A stretch of 64,000 nucleotides of DNA from an uncultured Gammaproteobacteria bacterium (GTDB lineage Bacteria > Pseudomonadota > Gammaproteobacteria > JACCXJ01). The position numbers were made by a program, and so were the translations under genes. Location of the stretch: the NCBI GenBank assembly GCA_963764725.1, contig CAVXTM010000012.1, positions 128,001 through 192,000 of the forward strand. The letters run 5' to 3'. The first letter of the stretch is position 1. Every line of letters starts with the position of its first letter. The notes under the pieces were generated by a model, which saw nothing but the letters and a program-made list of their open reading frames with translations, was not told where the DNA came from and searched no databases. Below, one piece after another: positions 19,954 through 29,274 of the stretch.

Positions 19954-20907
19954 GTGAAGCTCATCGTATCTAGCTTAGAGAGCTTGAGGACATATGTCAG
20001 CCGCGAGTTCTACTTCATCATGAGAGATCTTATCTCAACTCATGGGTGGCGGCACATCGAAATGTGTAAATTGTGGAAGGGTGCGGGGAACATAAGGGAC
20101 AAGCTCATCGACGAGTTCGGGGAACTACCGGCAAGCATCTTATTCTGGGAGGGCTACGAGTTGCTGTCTGCACGTGCGATAGAAATTTATCGCCTGGATT
20201 GTCATAAAGTCATTCTGGCCGATGATCTACACTGTTTTAATGATCAGTTGAGACAAAGAAAGTTAATAAGCTTCGCCTTATGTGAGACGATTCTGTCTAC
20301 CTATGGGTATATTTGGAGTGAGTTTTACCCCGAATTCCGCGGCGTGAAGAAAGTAGTATGGGTCCCGCACTCAGCCTCTCCGGATTTTCTGCTTCGCTAT
20401 AATCAACATCCTGAAAACTCGATTTTTCTTAGTGGCGCCATGACTGTTCATTACCCTCTGCGCAGGGAAATGAAGATTTTACAGGAACACAGCTCCTACT
20501 CTATAGCCTACCATTGCCATCCGGGATATTACTGCGGCTACGACTACGAAAAAAATGAGGATATAGGCCGCGGCTATGCCGAAAAGATAAACAGGCACCG
20601 GACGGGTTTTACCGACAGCCTGATATACAAATATGTGGTGGCCAAATACTTTGAAATCCCGGCGACGGGAGCACTTTTGTTTGCCGATGATGCGGTGAGT
20701 GGGCCGTTGAAGAAACTCGGGTTTATCGAGAACAGGCATTACCTTCCTGTGTCAAAAGAGAATCTGGAAGAAAGAGTTCAGTATATTCTGGACAAAAGGA
20801 ATCACGAAGAATTGGATGAGATTAGGAGAAGAGGACAAGAGCTGGTCTGGGAGAGGCATAAGACTAGTGACCGGGCAAGACAGATAGATGAGGAATGCAG
20901 CGTCTGA
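19954..20907 (+). CDS. GT-B glycosyltransferase (CgeB/Glyco_trans_1_2-like)
   Basis: HYPLRR, HPGY, KYVVAKYFEIPATGALL, GFIEN.HY, IRRRGQELVWERH..RA. Confidence 0.75.
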   Translation: MKLIVSSLESLRTYVSREFYFIMRDLISTHGWRHIEMCKLWKGAGNIRDKLIDEFGELPASILFWEGYELLSARAIEIYRLDCHKVILADDLHCFNDQLRQRKLISFALCETILSTYGYIWSEFYPEFRGVKKVVWVPHSASPDFLLRYNQHPENSIFLSGAMTVHYPLRREMKILQEHSSYSIAYHCHPGYYCGYDYEKNEDIGRGYAEKINRHRTGFTDSLIYKYVVAKYFEIPATGALLFADDAVSGPLKKLGFIENRHYLPVSKENLEERVQYILDKRNHEELDEIRRRGQELVWERHKTSDRARQIDEECSV

Positions 20908-21000
20908 AAGAATGGCACAAGTCTCATCGATCAGTTGGCACGGGCAATGACGGTCGTGATGCTCATCTGGAAGGAGAGACAAGGCGCATTAGTGTTTGCT

Positions 21001-21402
21001 TCAGTCAGCCGGATAGGCGGCGACAACTTCGAGCATGACCAGCGCTCCCGCCGGAAGCGACGCCGCTGCGAACGCCGTGCGCGCCGGTAACGCTGTGACA
21101 CCGAGACCGGGAAGCCAAGCGGCGTAGATCACATCTACGGCTTTGAAATCCTTGATGTCCGCGAGCAGCAGCGTGGACTTGACGATATCCGCAGGAGAGC
21201 ATCCTGCCGCATTCAGAATCGCTTCGATATTCGACAGCATCTGCCTGGTTTGAGCCTCAAGGCCCTCCTCCAGCTTGCCGGTTTCGGCGTTTCGGCCTGT
21301 CTGGGCAGTCACGAATACTAGATCACCTGTGCGAATGGCTTGCGAGTAGGTGCCGGTGGCGGGGGCGGCTGCGTTCGTGGCGATGCGAATCTTGTTGACC
21401 AT
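21001..21402 (-). CDS. RidA/YjgF family protein
   Basis: APATGTYSQAI, LVFVTAQ, IVKSTLLL, PARTAFAAASLPAGALVMLEVVA. Confidence 0.92.
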   Translation of the reverse strand: MVNKIRIATNAAAPATGTYSQAIRTGDLVFVTAQTGRNAETGKLEEGLEAQTRQMLSNIEAILNAAGCSPADIVKSTLLLADIKDFKAVDVIYAAWLPGLGVTALPARTAFAAASLPAGALVMLEVVAAYPAD

Positions 21403-21446
21403 CTGAGGTGCTCCTTCGCTGAAGGGAGTAAGCGAACCTAGGCGTC

Positions 21447-22217
21447 CTATTTATCCGTCCGCTCAGCTCTGAGCGGGATTTCGAATTTGACCTTTACAGG
21501 CCCCCCACCGAGCGGTGCCAGATCGAGGAGTTGCGGCTGCTCGGGATGGATGATTTGCAGCAAGACCACGTTGGTGGGATCCGCGAACTCCAAGTCGAAA
21601 TAGTGGAATTGCGTGATGTTCGATGCATATATCCAGAGGTTGTTCTGGTCGCGTATCCACTGGCTGAAGCTCTCGCTCTCCATGGGTTCCGTACGGATGT
21701 CAAGAGGAACTTCGGACAAGAGTTGTTTGGTCAAGTCGAAGTTCTCAAAAGCATACTGCCAGCTTTGCTCGTAGGGACGTTTGGTAGAACCGCGTGAGCG
21801 GGGCAGACATCCCTTTTGCTTAAGACGGATGTTCTCTCGCACGAATTTTTCTTCCTCGGTCTCGGCATCGTAGTCCCCGGCTGTGAGCCGGCCGAGAAAG
21901 TGCTCGACGTCCCGACTTGTCGTAAACACGCGGTGAACAATGCGAAAATACGTGATTGCGGTGGGATTGATGTCGAAGATCGTCATCCGCTTGGGCCGCC
22001 AGAGCGGAATGAGGTTGAGACCGTACAGACCGCCCACAACACTAATCATATGAATATTCTCACGCCTCTCTGGGGCCACACTCTCGTAGTGCGCGCGGAA
22101 CTCCGAAAACTCACCGAATGATCCATCCTGATACCCGTCATCGGTGCCGTAGAACACGTTCTCCGGGTGGTCGTGGTACATTTCCCGGTTGAAGGCTCTG
22201 GGTGCTTTTGATGTCAC
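21447..22217 (-). CDS. Hypothetical protein, possibly SAM-binding fold
   Basis: 256-aa ORF co-oriented with the cluster. ISVVGGLYGLN...TIFDINP and IYASNI are reminiscent of a Rossmann/MTase-like fold. Confidence 0.6.
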   Translation of the reverse strand: MTSKAPRAFNREMYHDHPENVFYGTDDGYQDGSFGEFSEFRAHYESVAPERRENIHMISVVGGLYGLNLIPLWRPKRMTIFDINPTAITYFRIVHRVFTTSRDVEHFLGRLTAGDYDAETEEEKFVRENIRLKQKGCLPRSRGSTKRPYEQSWQYAFENFDLTKQLLSEVPLDIRTEPMESESFSQWIRDQNNLWIYASNITQFHYFDLEFADPTNVVLLQIIHPEQPQLLDLAPLGGGPVKVKFEIPLRAERTDK

Positions 22218-22312
22218 GGTTACTCCCTCTTTATCTTTGGTGTTTGCGAGCGAAGATTGTCGAGTCTAATGACGAGTTGCATCACGCGTCGTTGAGACTT
22301 GGCAGAGAATCA

Positions 22313-22396
22313 TCATCCCAGGCCGGTTTGTTGAGTTGTTTGTCGAAGGACTGCAGCCTTCGGAAGCATCCAGTGGAAACTAAGATTCATGTCCAT
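22313..22396 (-). pseudogene. Truncated second LLM monooxygenase N-terminus (27 aa)
   Basis: MDMNLSFHWMLPKAAVLRQTTQQTGLG* duplicates the start MNLRFHWMLPK of the adjacent LLM gene. Confidence 0.6.
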
Positions 22397-22478
22397 TTCT
22401 ATCCAGCTTCTCTCTTCAAGTCACGCCAGAGATTGAACAATGCGTGTATCCTGCGGAAAAGTCTATGCAGAATTCGTC

Positions 22479-23564
22479 TTACGCTCGACGCTCGGCCTCT
22501 CTGACGAGCGGGAGAACCTCCTGGCCGAAAATATCCACCTCATCGACCTCGGGCCAGCCCGAAATGATGAACTCGCTGACGCCGACCTGCTTGTATGCGA
22601 GAAAGGCCTCGGCAAGCTCCTTCGGCGTCCCCAAAAGGGTCGTCCAGACGGGGCCGTAGTGCGGCACCAACCCGGCCCACAGGGAATGGTTCAGCCAGTG
22701 CGCGTCGCTCGTCACGCCGACACCTTCCCTGTACATTTGGGAATCGTCTTTGAGGCGCGTGGTGCTTTCCTGTTTGTCCTTCGGCAGCAGAGACTCGGCG
22801 ACGCTGACTGCTTCCTCCCGCGTCGGCCTGCATATCAGGCCCAGCCTCAGACAGACCGCGATCCCACGTTCTCGAACACGCGCCACCAGGGGTTGAAGCT
22901 TTTCGGGAGAGTCAATCACGCGCAACCAGCACGTACCCTGTGAGTAAGCCAATTGCTCAGACGCCTCGGAGTGACCGGAGATATAGATTTCGGGAGCGTT
23001 TCTATCCGGGGCGAGAAAAGGCGTGTGGAGCTTTCCATGCTCGACTCGATAGTGTTTGCCGTCGAAGTCAACCTCACCATCACTGCGCCAGAAGGAATGA
23101 CAGACCGCTAAAAACTCCTCGGCCCGCGCGTACCTGTCATCGTGCGCGAGAAAGTCACCGTAGCCACGTTGCTCTAATGTTGAGCTGCCCGCGACGATGT
23201 TCAAGGCAACGCGCCCATGGATCAGTGCGGAGAGGGTGTTGATCTGCTGGACGAAAGTCGTTGGCTGCATCAGACCAGAGCGGTAGGCGATAATGTACTT
23301 GAGCTTCTTCGTGGCTCCGCCGAGCGCGCAGCTCACGAGAATGGGGTCTGGCTCGTAGCGGCTGAACGAGATCAGGACCGACTCGATTCCTGCTTCCTCC
23401 GCGTGGCGGGCGAAGTGTACCCACCCATCCATGTCCGGCCGAGGTGCCAGCGAGGTGCTGCTAGTCGATTCGATTCGATAACGGGTGGCCTCCTGAGGTG
23501 TCTGGGGCGCGTCAACGGCTACCTCTCCACCCTTAGGAAGCATCCAGTGGAATCTCAGATTCAT
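22479..23564 (-). CDS. LLM-class flavin-dependent monooxygenase (SsuD-like)
   Basis: FHWMLP, AEEAGIESVL, KYIIAYRSG, GRVALNIVAG, GDFLAHDDRYARAEEF, FDGKHY, EFIISGWP. Confidence 0.9.
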   Translation of the reverse strand: MNLRFHWMLPKGGEVAVDAPQTPQEATRYRIESTSSTSLAPRPDMDGWVHFARHAEEAGIESVLISFSRYEPDPILVSCALGGATKKLKYIIAYRSGLMQPTTFVQQINTLSALIHGRVALNIVAGSSTLEQRGYGDFLAHDDRYARAEEFLAVCHSFWRSDGEVDFDGKHYRVEHGKLHTPFLAPDRNAPEIYISGHSEASEQLAYSQGTCWLRVIDSPEKLQPLVARVRERGIAVCLRLGLICRPTREEAVSVAESLLPKDKQESTTRLKDDSQMYREGVGVTSDAHWLNHSLWAGLVPHYGPVWTTLLGTPKELAEAFLAYKQVGVSEFIISGWPEVDEVDIFGQEVLPLVREAERRA

Positions 23565-23592
23565 AGTTTATCCTGAGGTCGCACTCGGAACA

Positions 23593-24393
23593 CTACTTGG
23601 TATTTCTTAGAATACAGCAGTGTTGCCATTCAGGGCTGACGGGTGGATGCACTGTTGCATCCGGGAAGAGCGACGCCATGTAGTCGACAGTAAAGAACGA
23701 GCAGTAGGATTCGAGAGGTTTGCCAACACGGGTCTGATGGCAAAGCTCGTCCCCGGGTTCCACGTAGAGATCGTCGTCGATGAGAATACACCATTGCACC
23801 CGCTCGAGGATTTCATCGGTGCCACAAGACTTCAAGTGAAGTCGCACAGCAGAGCCTGAAGGTAGTGTGGGATCGGACAGGGACCTGTCATAATGCGGAT
23901 CGGAAAAGGTAAACGCCAGAACACCCTCGGGAGCCAGCATGCTTCGCAGCGACTCGACCAGCTCAAGCATCTCGCTCCGGTCGGTGTGAGTAAATACGGA
24001 GAAAGCCAGGATGATGTCGAACTTCACCCCACAGTCCGGGACGGGCAGATGGCAAACCCCGTTCGGATTGTACTGTGAGCTATAGCGGTTATAGTGTACG
24101 AAATGAGCCCGCGGGTAAGTGCGGCGCCCTTGCTCGACTACATCCAGGTTCAGATCTATGCACCAATAGTCATTGTGGTCAACGTGGTTACCTGCACCTA
24201 CCAAAAACGTGCCGACATTGCCGCCAAAGTCCAGAAGTTTTCGACCCTTCCATCTCGGGCGTTCAAGCCGTTGGTCGAAGTAGGAGAATTGCGTAGACCG
24301 GGTGGAGACAAGGTTCCACGCGAACGACCGCCCCTCCACGAAGAGAGATCCCGCACCGGGAACAAACAGCGCTTCGTCGGCAAGTGACATCAT
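23593..24393 (-). CDS. Class I SAM-dependent methyltransferase
   Basis: LLDFGGNVG, FDIILAFSVFTH, LAPEGVLAFTF, C-terminal QHCCILR. Confidence 0.85.
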   Translation of the reverse strand: MMSLADEALFVPGAGSLFVEGRSFAWNLVSTRSTQFSYFDQRLERPRWKGRKLLDFGGNVGTFLVGAGNHVDHNDYWCIDLNLDVVEQGRRTYPRAHFVHYNRYSSQYNPNGVCHLPVPDCGVKFDIILAFSVFTHTDRSEMLELVESLRSMLAPEGVLAFTFSDPHYDRSLSDPTLPSGSAVRLHLKSCGTDEILERVQWCILIDDDLYVEPGDELCHQTRVGKPLESYCSFFTVDYMASLFPDATVHPPVSPEWQHCCILRNTK

Positions 24394-24402
24394 TCACCCC
24401 CT

Positions 24403-25248
24403 TCAAACCTCGACGGTCCACGGTACTGGTTCCGGAAGGACACCATGACGTTTGGCCCAGCGTTGTAATGCCCAGGCTTGGGTGTCAACGTCCCGATATT
24501 CGCCCAGCAATTGACGCGTAATCGGATCAGTCTTCGCCAGATGCCGCTTATCCGGTACTTCGAGGTAGACCTCGGTCTTCATCCAGCGGTACGAATAGCC
24601 GTACATCAGCACCTTTGATATGCGATTGCTCCGATTGGGAGTAGCGGTATGAAAGATACGGTTCTCGAAGAGGAAGGCATCACCAGCATTCAATGTGAGA
24701 TCGCATACCTCCACGTCCGCTGGGTCGACCTGGCCCTTCGGAAGAGCCAGTGGCTTGGTTCTGAGATGAGTACCACGCGCCAATAACGTCATGCCGCTGT
24801 TGGGCTGGTGAAAATCCGTCAGACAGTAGCAGATCTTGATACCTACCAGCGGCAGAGATTCATGGCCCAGGTCACGCGGAATCCGAATATCTCGATGCCA
24901 TCCGCGTCTAAAGGTTGGCGCATTCGGGCATTCCGGTCTCTTATAGATGAGTGTGTGCGAATGCAGGTGAATATTGGGGCTGAGCAACTGGACGACGAGC
25001 GGGACGGTAGAACTATTGGCGACCAGAGCGAAGAGTGCTTTTTCTCTGAGTAAGCCTGGTCGTAAGTCCAGATGGTTATACTCCGGCCGTCCGGTCATTT
25101 CGGGTTTTTTAAGCAACGGTTCCGCCAGACGGTCGCTCGCCTCGACGAGACGGTCTACCGTTACTGCCGATAGAGCATCACGCACTACTAAAAAGCCGTC
25201 TTCGGCAAAGGATTGTCGCTGCTCCGGTTTGAGATGAACGAAATCCAA
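24403..25248 (-). CDS. Phytanoyl-CoA dioxygenase (PhyH)-family oxygenase
   Basis: F.EDGFLVVRDAL, GWHRD, YCLTD, GTH, AGDAFLFENRIFH.A.PNRS. Confidence 0.9.
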   Translation of the reverse strand: MDFVHLKPEQRQSFAEDGFLVVRDALSAVTVDRLVEASDRLAEPLLKKPEMTGRPEYNHLDLRPGLLREKALFALVANSSTVPLVVQLLSPNIHLHSHTLIYKRPECPNAPTFRRGWHRDIRIPRDLGHESLPLVGIKICYCLTDFHQPNSGMTLLARGTHLRTKPLALPKGQVDPADVEVCDLTLNAGDAFLFENRIFHTATPNRSNRISKVLMYGYSYRWMKTEVYLEVPDKRHLAKTDPITRQLLGEYRDVDTQAWALQRWAKRHGVLPEPVPWTVEV

Positions 25249-25293
25249 TGGCGCTATCCCCTTTCCGACGTCAGATAATCTCCGTTTCCTAGC

Positions 25294-26061
25294 TCATAAC
25301 TTTCTAATGACACAACAATGTTGCATCTCGTTGTTGACAGGAGGCAGAACAGTAGCATGTGGAAACAATATCTTCATATATTTTTCGGTGTAAAAGGCAT
25401 GACATGTTTTCTGTCGTTCCGGTTCATAAGGTTGAATATCCTCAGTTTCGATATACAAATCGTCCCCATTCACGAGCATGAGCCAATCGGCATGTTGTGC
25501 TCTTCGAATCAGGTTCGGCATGTCAATATTTAAGGTAGTGCCTCTTTCTCTTGCCAATTGCTTTTCTCGCTCCAATCGCCACTCAAAGTTATTTCCGTGA
25601 TACTGCCCCGGCCAAGAAAAATAATGTGGATCTATGAATGTAAAGGCTAACGCACCATTGTTAGCTAAGAGACCTTCTAATTGGTTGACCAACTGAAGCA
25701 TGTCGGTCTGTGTTGTATTCGTAAAGACGGAATAAGCAACGATATAATTAAATGTCTGGTCCAGAGCAGGAAGTGTTAGATTTGGAACTCCGTGCGGGTT
25801 GAAGAAGAAGCAGTAGCGATTGTAAAAAACCCAGTGCGACTTCGGGTAGAATGCCCGACCCCGCTCCAATGTGTCCCTGTCGACATCGATGCACCAGTAA
25901 TGCTCTTGCTCGATGGTTGAATTCGGATCTCTTAAGAGGTTGCCGATGTTCCCTCCGAAATCCAGTACCTTCTTCCCTCGCCACACCGATTCGCCCACTT
26001 GTAGGGAGAAATAAGTAAACTGCCCCGTTTTCGTTGAGACGAAAGCCACGGTTATCCTCAA
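25294..26061 (-). CDS. Class I SAM-dependent methyltransferase (paralog of 23593-24393)
   Basis: VLDFGGNIG, YWCID, FYNRY...NPHG, YIVAYSVFT, PPVNNEMQHCCVIR. Start codon uncertain. Confidence 0.85.
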   Translation of the reverse strand: MRITVAFVSTKTGQFTYFSLQVGESVWRGKKVLDFGGNIGNLLRDPNSTIEQEHYWCIDVDRDTLERGRAFYPKSHWVFYNRYCFFFNPHGVPNLTLPALDQTFNYIVAYSVFTNTTQTDMLQLVNQLEGLLANNGALAFTFIDPHYFSWPGQYHGNNFEWRLEREKQLARERGTTLNIDMPNLIRRAQHADWLMLVNGDDLYIETEDIQPYEPERQKTCHAFYTEKYMKILFPHATVLPPVNNEMQHCCVIRKL

Positions 26062-26191
26062 GCCGGGTTGTTTCAGCGCGTACTAGGAAGCGGTTTCAGT
26101 AAACTTCTGGCGATTGCCTTGAGGAAGGCGCACTGAATGAGTCCAACCCCCTATGAATGCTTCAAGAAAATCTGGTGAACCCAGTCAAGGC

Positions 26192-26677
26192 TCAATCCCG
26201 ACGGTAAAAGAACTCGCGATTAAGGTAGTTTGATCTCCCGCTGTCGTCCTGGAACGTAACGAACAGCACGATCACCAGCACACCCTTGTTGACACGAAAA
26301 TAAGTCTCCGCTCTCATGAAGCCCAAGTCGAAATCAGCAGCCAGAGCTACCGCCCGCTGTCCTGCTTCTTCCTCCAGATTCGCCAGCGCCGTCGCCCGGC
26401 TCCTCGGCCAATCAATCGGACCGTCGGCTCCCACCCCCTGGACGCCGACGTTGAAGTGTCCGTCGTTCCGTTCGATAACAATTGCCGCTATGCCTCGCGT
26501 GTCTGGGTCTGTATTCACCCATCGACCAATGAGCTTGTCGGCGCTCAATCTTCTGGTCGCCGGATCCGAGAGCGCGGGGTCCAAATCACCGCTCTGTTTG
26601 AACTCAAAGGTCTCGGTCACGATTGAACTCTCAATCAGTTCGATCAGAGCTTCCGTTAAGAAGCGTGTAAATCCCAC
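26192..26677 (-). CDS. Hypothetical beta-rich protein
   Basis: GRWVNTDPDTRGIA...IDW...FDLGFM...KGVLVI..F.DDSGRSNY..REFF; paralog of 27629-28058. Confidence 0.7.
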   Translation of the reverse strand: MGFTRFLTEALIELIESSIVTETFEFKQSGDLDPALSDPATRRLSADKLIGRWVNTDPDTRGIAAIVIERNDGHFNVGVQGVGADGPIDWPRSRATALANLEEEAGQRAVALAADFDLGFMRAETYFRVNKGVLVIVLFVTFQDDSGRSNYLNREFFYRRD

Positions 26678-26723
26678 CTCCCATTATCATGGCGTCAAAG
26701 CATTCTCGATAGGATAATGATTT

Positions 26724-27605
26724 ATGAAACAGATACTAAAATATTATTATTTGTATTTCAGTACGTTATCTCAAAGGAGCCATTTTCACAAAGTGAAGAT
26801 TAAGAGCCTTAATGAAACTATTGACGATATATTGATGCATAAGAAAAGCATCAGCCGCTATGGTGATGGCGAATTGAAAATGATGCTCAATAAAGGAAAA
26901 ATTGTCTTCCAGTCGGAAAGCCCAGAATTGTCCAAAAGGCTTAAGGAAGTTCTCAGCTCCGATTTGGACAATCTTATCATCGGGCTTCCCGGGCCGTTAT
27001 GTTCTGTAAAAAAAGAAAACCTGAACTCAAAGTATTTCTGGATTGGGTTTATCAATTTGTATGGCAATTTGATCTCCGAATATTTAGACCCGAAAAAAGT
27101 GTATGGAAATGCAGGAATTTCCCGCTTTTATATGGGTTTAAAAGATAAAAGGTTATCCCTGCAAGTCCTGGAAAAGCTAACGAAGATATGGGACAAGAGA
27201 GAAATATTGATTATAGAGGGCGAATTGTCAAGAATGGGTGTAGGCAATGATTTGTTTGAAAATGCAGCCGGCCTGAGCCGGATGGTTTGCCCGGCTGAAA
27301 ATGCATTCGAAAAATATCATGAAATTTTGGAGGCTTCCAAAAAACACGGAAAAGATAAACTGATACTCATTTCATTAGGGCCAACGGCCACCATTTTAAG
27401 TTATGACCTGGCAAAAAGCGGATATTGGGCAATAGACGTCGGGCATATTGATGTGGAATATATGTGGATGCTCAGCAAAGCACAAACGAAAATCCCAATA
27501 AAAGGCAGGTATGTCAGCGAAGTCAGAGGTGAAAAAGATTATGAAATTCCTGAAGCATACCGGGATTATTATTACAATAGCATAGTTGATACGATAGGCC
27601 TGTGA
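26724..27605 (+). CDS. GT-D fold glycosyltransferase (DUF1792)
   Basis: KSISRYGDGEL, IWDKREILIIEG..SRMGVGNDLF.NA, CPAENAF, LISLGPTATILSYDL, AIDVGHIDVEYMW; markedly AT-rich. Confidence 0.9.
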   Translation: MKQILKYYYLYFSTLSQRSHFHKVKIKSLNETIDDILMHKKSISRYGDGELKMMLNKGKIVFQSESPELSKRLKEVLSSDLDNLIIGLPGPLCSVKKENLNSKYFWIGFINLYGNLISEYLDPKKVYGNAGISRFYMGLKDKRLSLQVLEKLTKIWDKREILIIEGELSRMGVGNDLFENAAGLSRMVCPAENAFEKYHEILEASKKHGKDKLILISLGPTATILSYDLAKSGYWAIDVGHIDVEYMWMLSKAQTKIPIKGRYVSEVRGEKDYEIPEAYRDYYYNSIVDTIGL

Positions 27606-27628
27606 AGGGATAAGTTTCGCTCACAGCA

Positions 27629-28058
27629 TTATGTGGTGTGAATTCCATTGTATTGCTCGTGGGCCAGGGCAAAGTACTCACGCACAAAATAGTCCGCGCG
27701 GCGGCTCTTATCCTTGAAGCTGTGCAATTGGGCGAGTACCAGCAGCCCCTTCATGATCATCCCTTGGAGCCGTGTTTCCACGAAGCCGAAGTCGTAGACG
27801 CAGGTAAAACCTGCAGCTACGCGCGACGATGGCGTCGATGCAAAGACGTTGGCGGTCAGCCGTTCCCCAGTCGATCAAACGGTCTGGGCCAATGGCGTAT
27901 GTCTGCAGCGATAGATTGCCAAGGGATTCGGACATCACGATCCGGGCGATGCCATTCGTATCGGGATTTGAATTAATCCAGGTCCCAGGGAACGCCCGAA
28001 TATCGATCGGCCCAGCCGCATCGACATTTACACGATCACAAATTTGGGCGAATTGCAT
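27629..28058 (-). pseudogene. Hypothetical beta-rich protein with frameshift near 27855 (paralog of 26192-26677)
   Basis: GTWINSNPDTNGIA...IDWG, then in the +1 frame YDFGFVETRLQGMIMKGLLVLAQLHSFKDKSRRADYFVREYF. Confidence 0.7.
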
Positions 28059-28070
28059 TCGCTGCCCCGT

Positions 28071-29000
28071 TCAAGAAGTTCTGATCCAACTGCGAATCAT
28101 CAAGCGATCGGAAGCGTCGCCTGCTGCAATCGGAGTGCGAGCATGAATCGTCCGCATGTTGTCCGAAAACAATAACTCGCCTTCCCGCATCAAGAAGTCG
28201 ATCGTGCGGGTGGAAGCAGCGATGACTTCTTCAAAGGCGTCCAGTGAAGTTAGCATTTCGTCAGAAAGCTTAGCACCGGTGAAATCCAGCGCTAGGTCAA
28301 TTGTGTATCGGCGCCAACAAATGGTGGATTCGGTCAGCACGGTCCGCCATTTCACTCCGCCTCCCCAACAGGCGGCCAACAGCCACGGTACCGGCTCGGT
28401 CTCCAGCAGTTCAAGGGTCTCGGTTCCCAGGCGGTTTTTCACTTCCTCGCGAACCGCGTCAACGTCAAGAACTCGTGACCGACCAGCGCCTCGCTGGTCC
28501 GCGCGGACGCACACCATAGAGATGAATTCGATCGGTGTTTCCCAATCCACGGCATCCGTATGCAATCTCTCAGCTTCACGGCCTCCTCGCAACGAACGTA
28601 TATCGGTTGCGGGCTGAATGTAGTGAACGAGTTGGGCCCGTGGCGCTTGGTACGGCAGAGCCACCAATTCCCCAAAGGCTCGGTTGATGGCAACGAACAA
28701 CCTGTTCCCTTGGTCGAAACGAAGACCCCGTAGTAACACGCAGTAGGGCCACTGCGCGATTCGCTCCCTGACCAGGCTGACAAGCCACTCAAAACCATCG
28801 GGACAAGTTTCACGAAAACGATCAAGTAAAAGGTTCTGCAAAGCAGGTGAGTAGAATTCTTTGTTATCGTAAAAAGGGAGGCGCTCGGCCTCCTCTAGTA
28901 GTTCGCGTGCCAGCACGGACGAAATGTCGATCCTTGCCGTGTCCGGAAACGGCTCGTATCTACTCCCTTGAGGTATTTGGCGCCTTGAAAACTCTTCCAC
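28071..29000 (-). CDS. TauD/TfdA/CAS-like Fe(II)/2OG dioxygenase
   Basis: LHTD, MVCVRAD..GAG.S, EGELLFSDNMRTIHART, RLMIRSW. Confidence 0.85.
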   Translation of the reverse strand: MEEFSRRQIPQGSRYEPFPDTARIDISSVLARELLEEAERLPFYDNKEFYSPALQNLLLDRFRETCPDGFEWLVSLVRERIAQWPYCVLLRGLRFDQGNRLFVAINRAFGELVALPYQAPRAQLVHYIQPATDIRSLRGGREAERLHTDAVDWETPIEFISMVCVRADQRGAGRSRVLDVDAVREEVKNRLGTETLELLETEPVPWLLAACWGGGVKWRTVLTESTICWRRYTIDLALDFTGAKLSDEMLTSLDAFEEVIAASTRTIDFLMREGELLFSDNMRTIHARTPIAAGDASDRLMIRSWIRTS

Positions 29001-29111
29001 TTGTTACACTGCTTGCGGCCAGTCTAGGGCACAGTTTTTTGACGCTGCGATCTGCTCCTGGTCGTGAAAAGATTCAGAGCGAGTTCTAAATATCTCGACA
29101 CACAGATACAT

Positions 29112-29239
29112 TGTCCCCTGATAATGCAGCAATGCTGCGTTTCACCGTTGACCAGAGGATGGATCGGCGCGCCCGGTTGGCAAATGGCCCAATTGAGAAC
29201 AAAGCGCCCGTTGCCCAGCTATAAATGAATCTCTTCCAT
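29112..29239 (-). pseudogene. Internally deleted remnant of a third methyltransferase paralog
   Basis: MEEIHL*LGNGRFVLNWAICQPGAPIHPLVNGETQHCCIIR; the tail matches HPPVSPEWQHCCILR and LPPVNNEMQHCCVIR of the two intact MTases. Confidence 0.6.
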
Positions 29240-29274
29240 GATTCAACCTCATCGTGCGCGACTGCGTAATAGCG

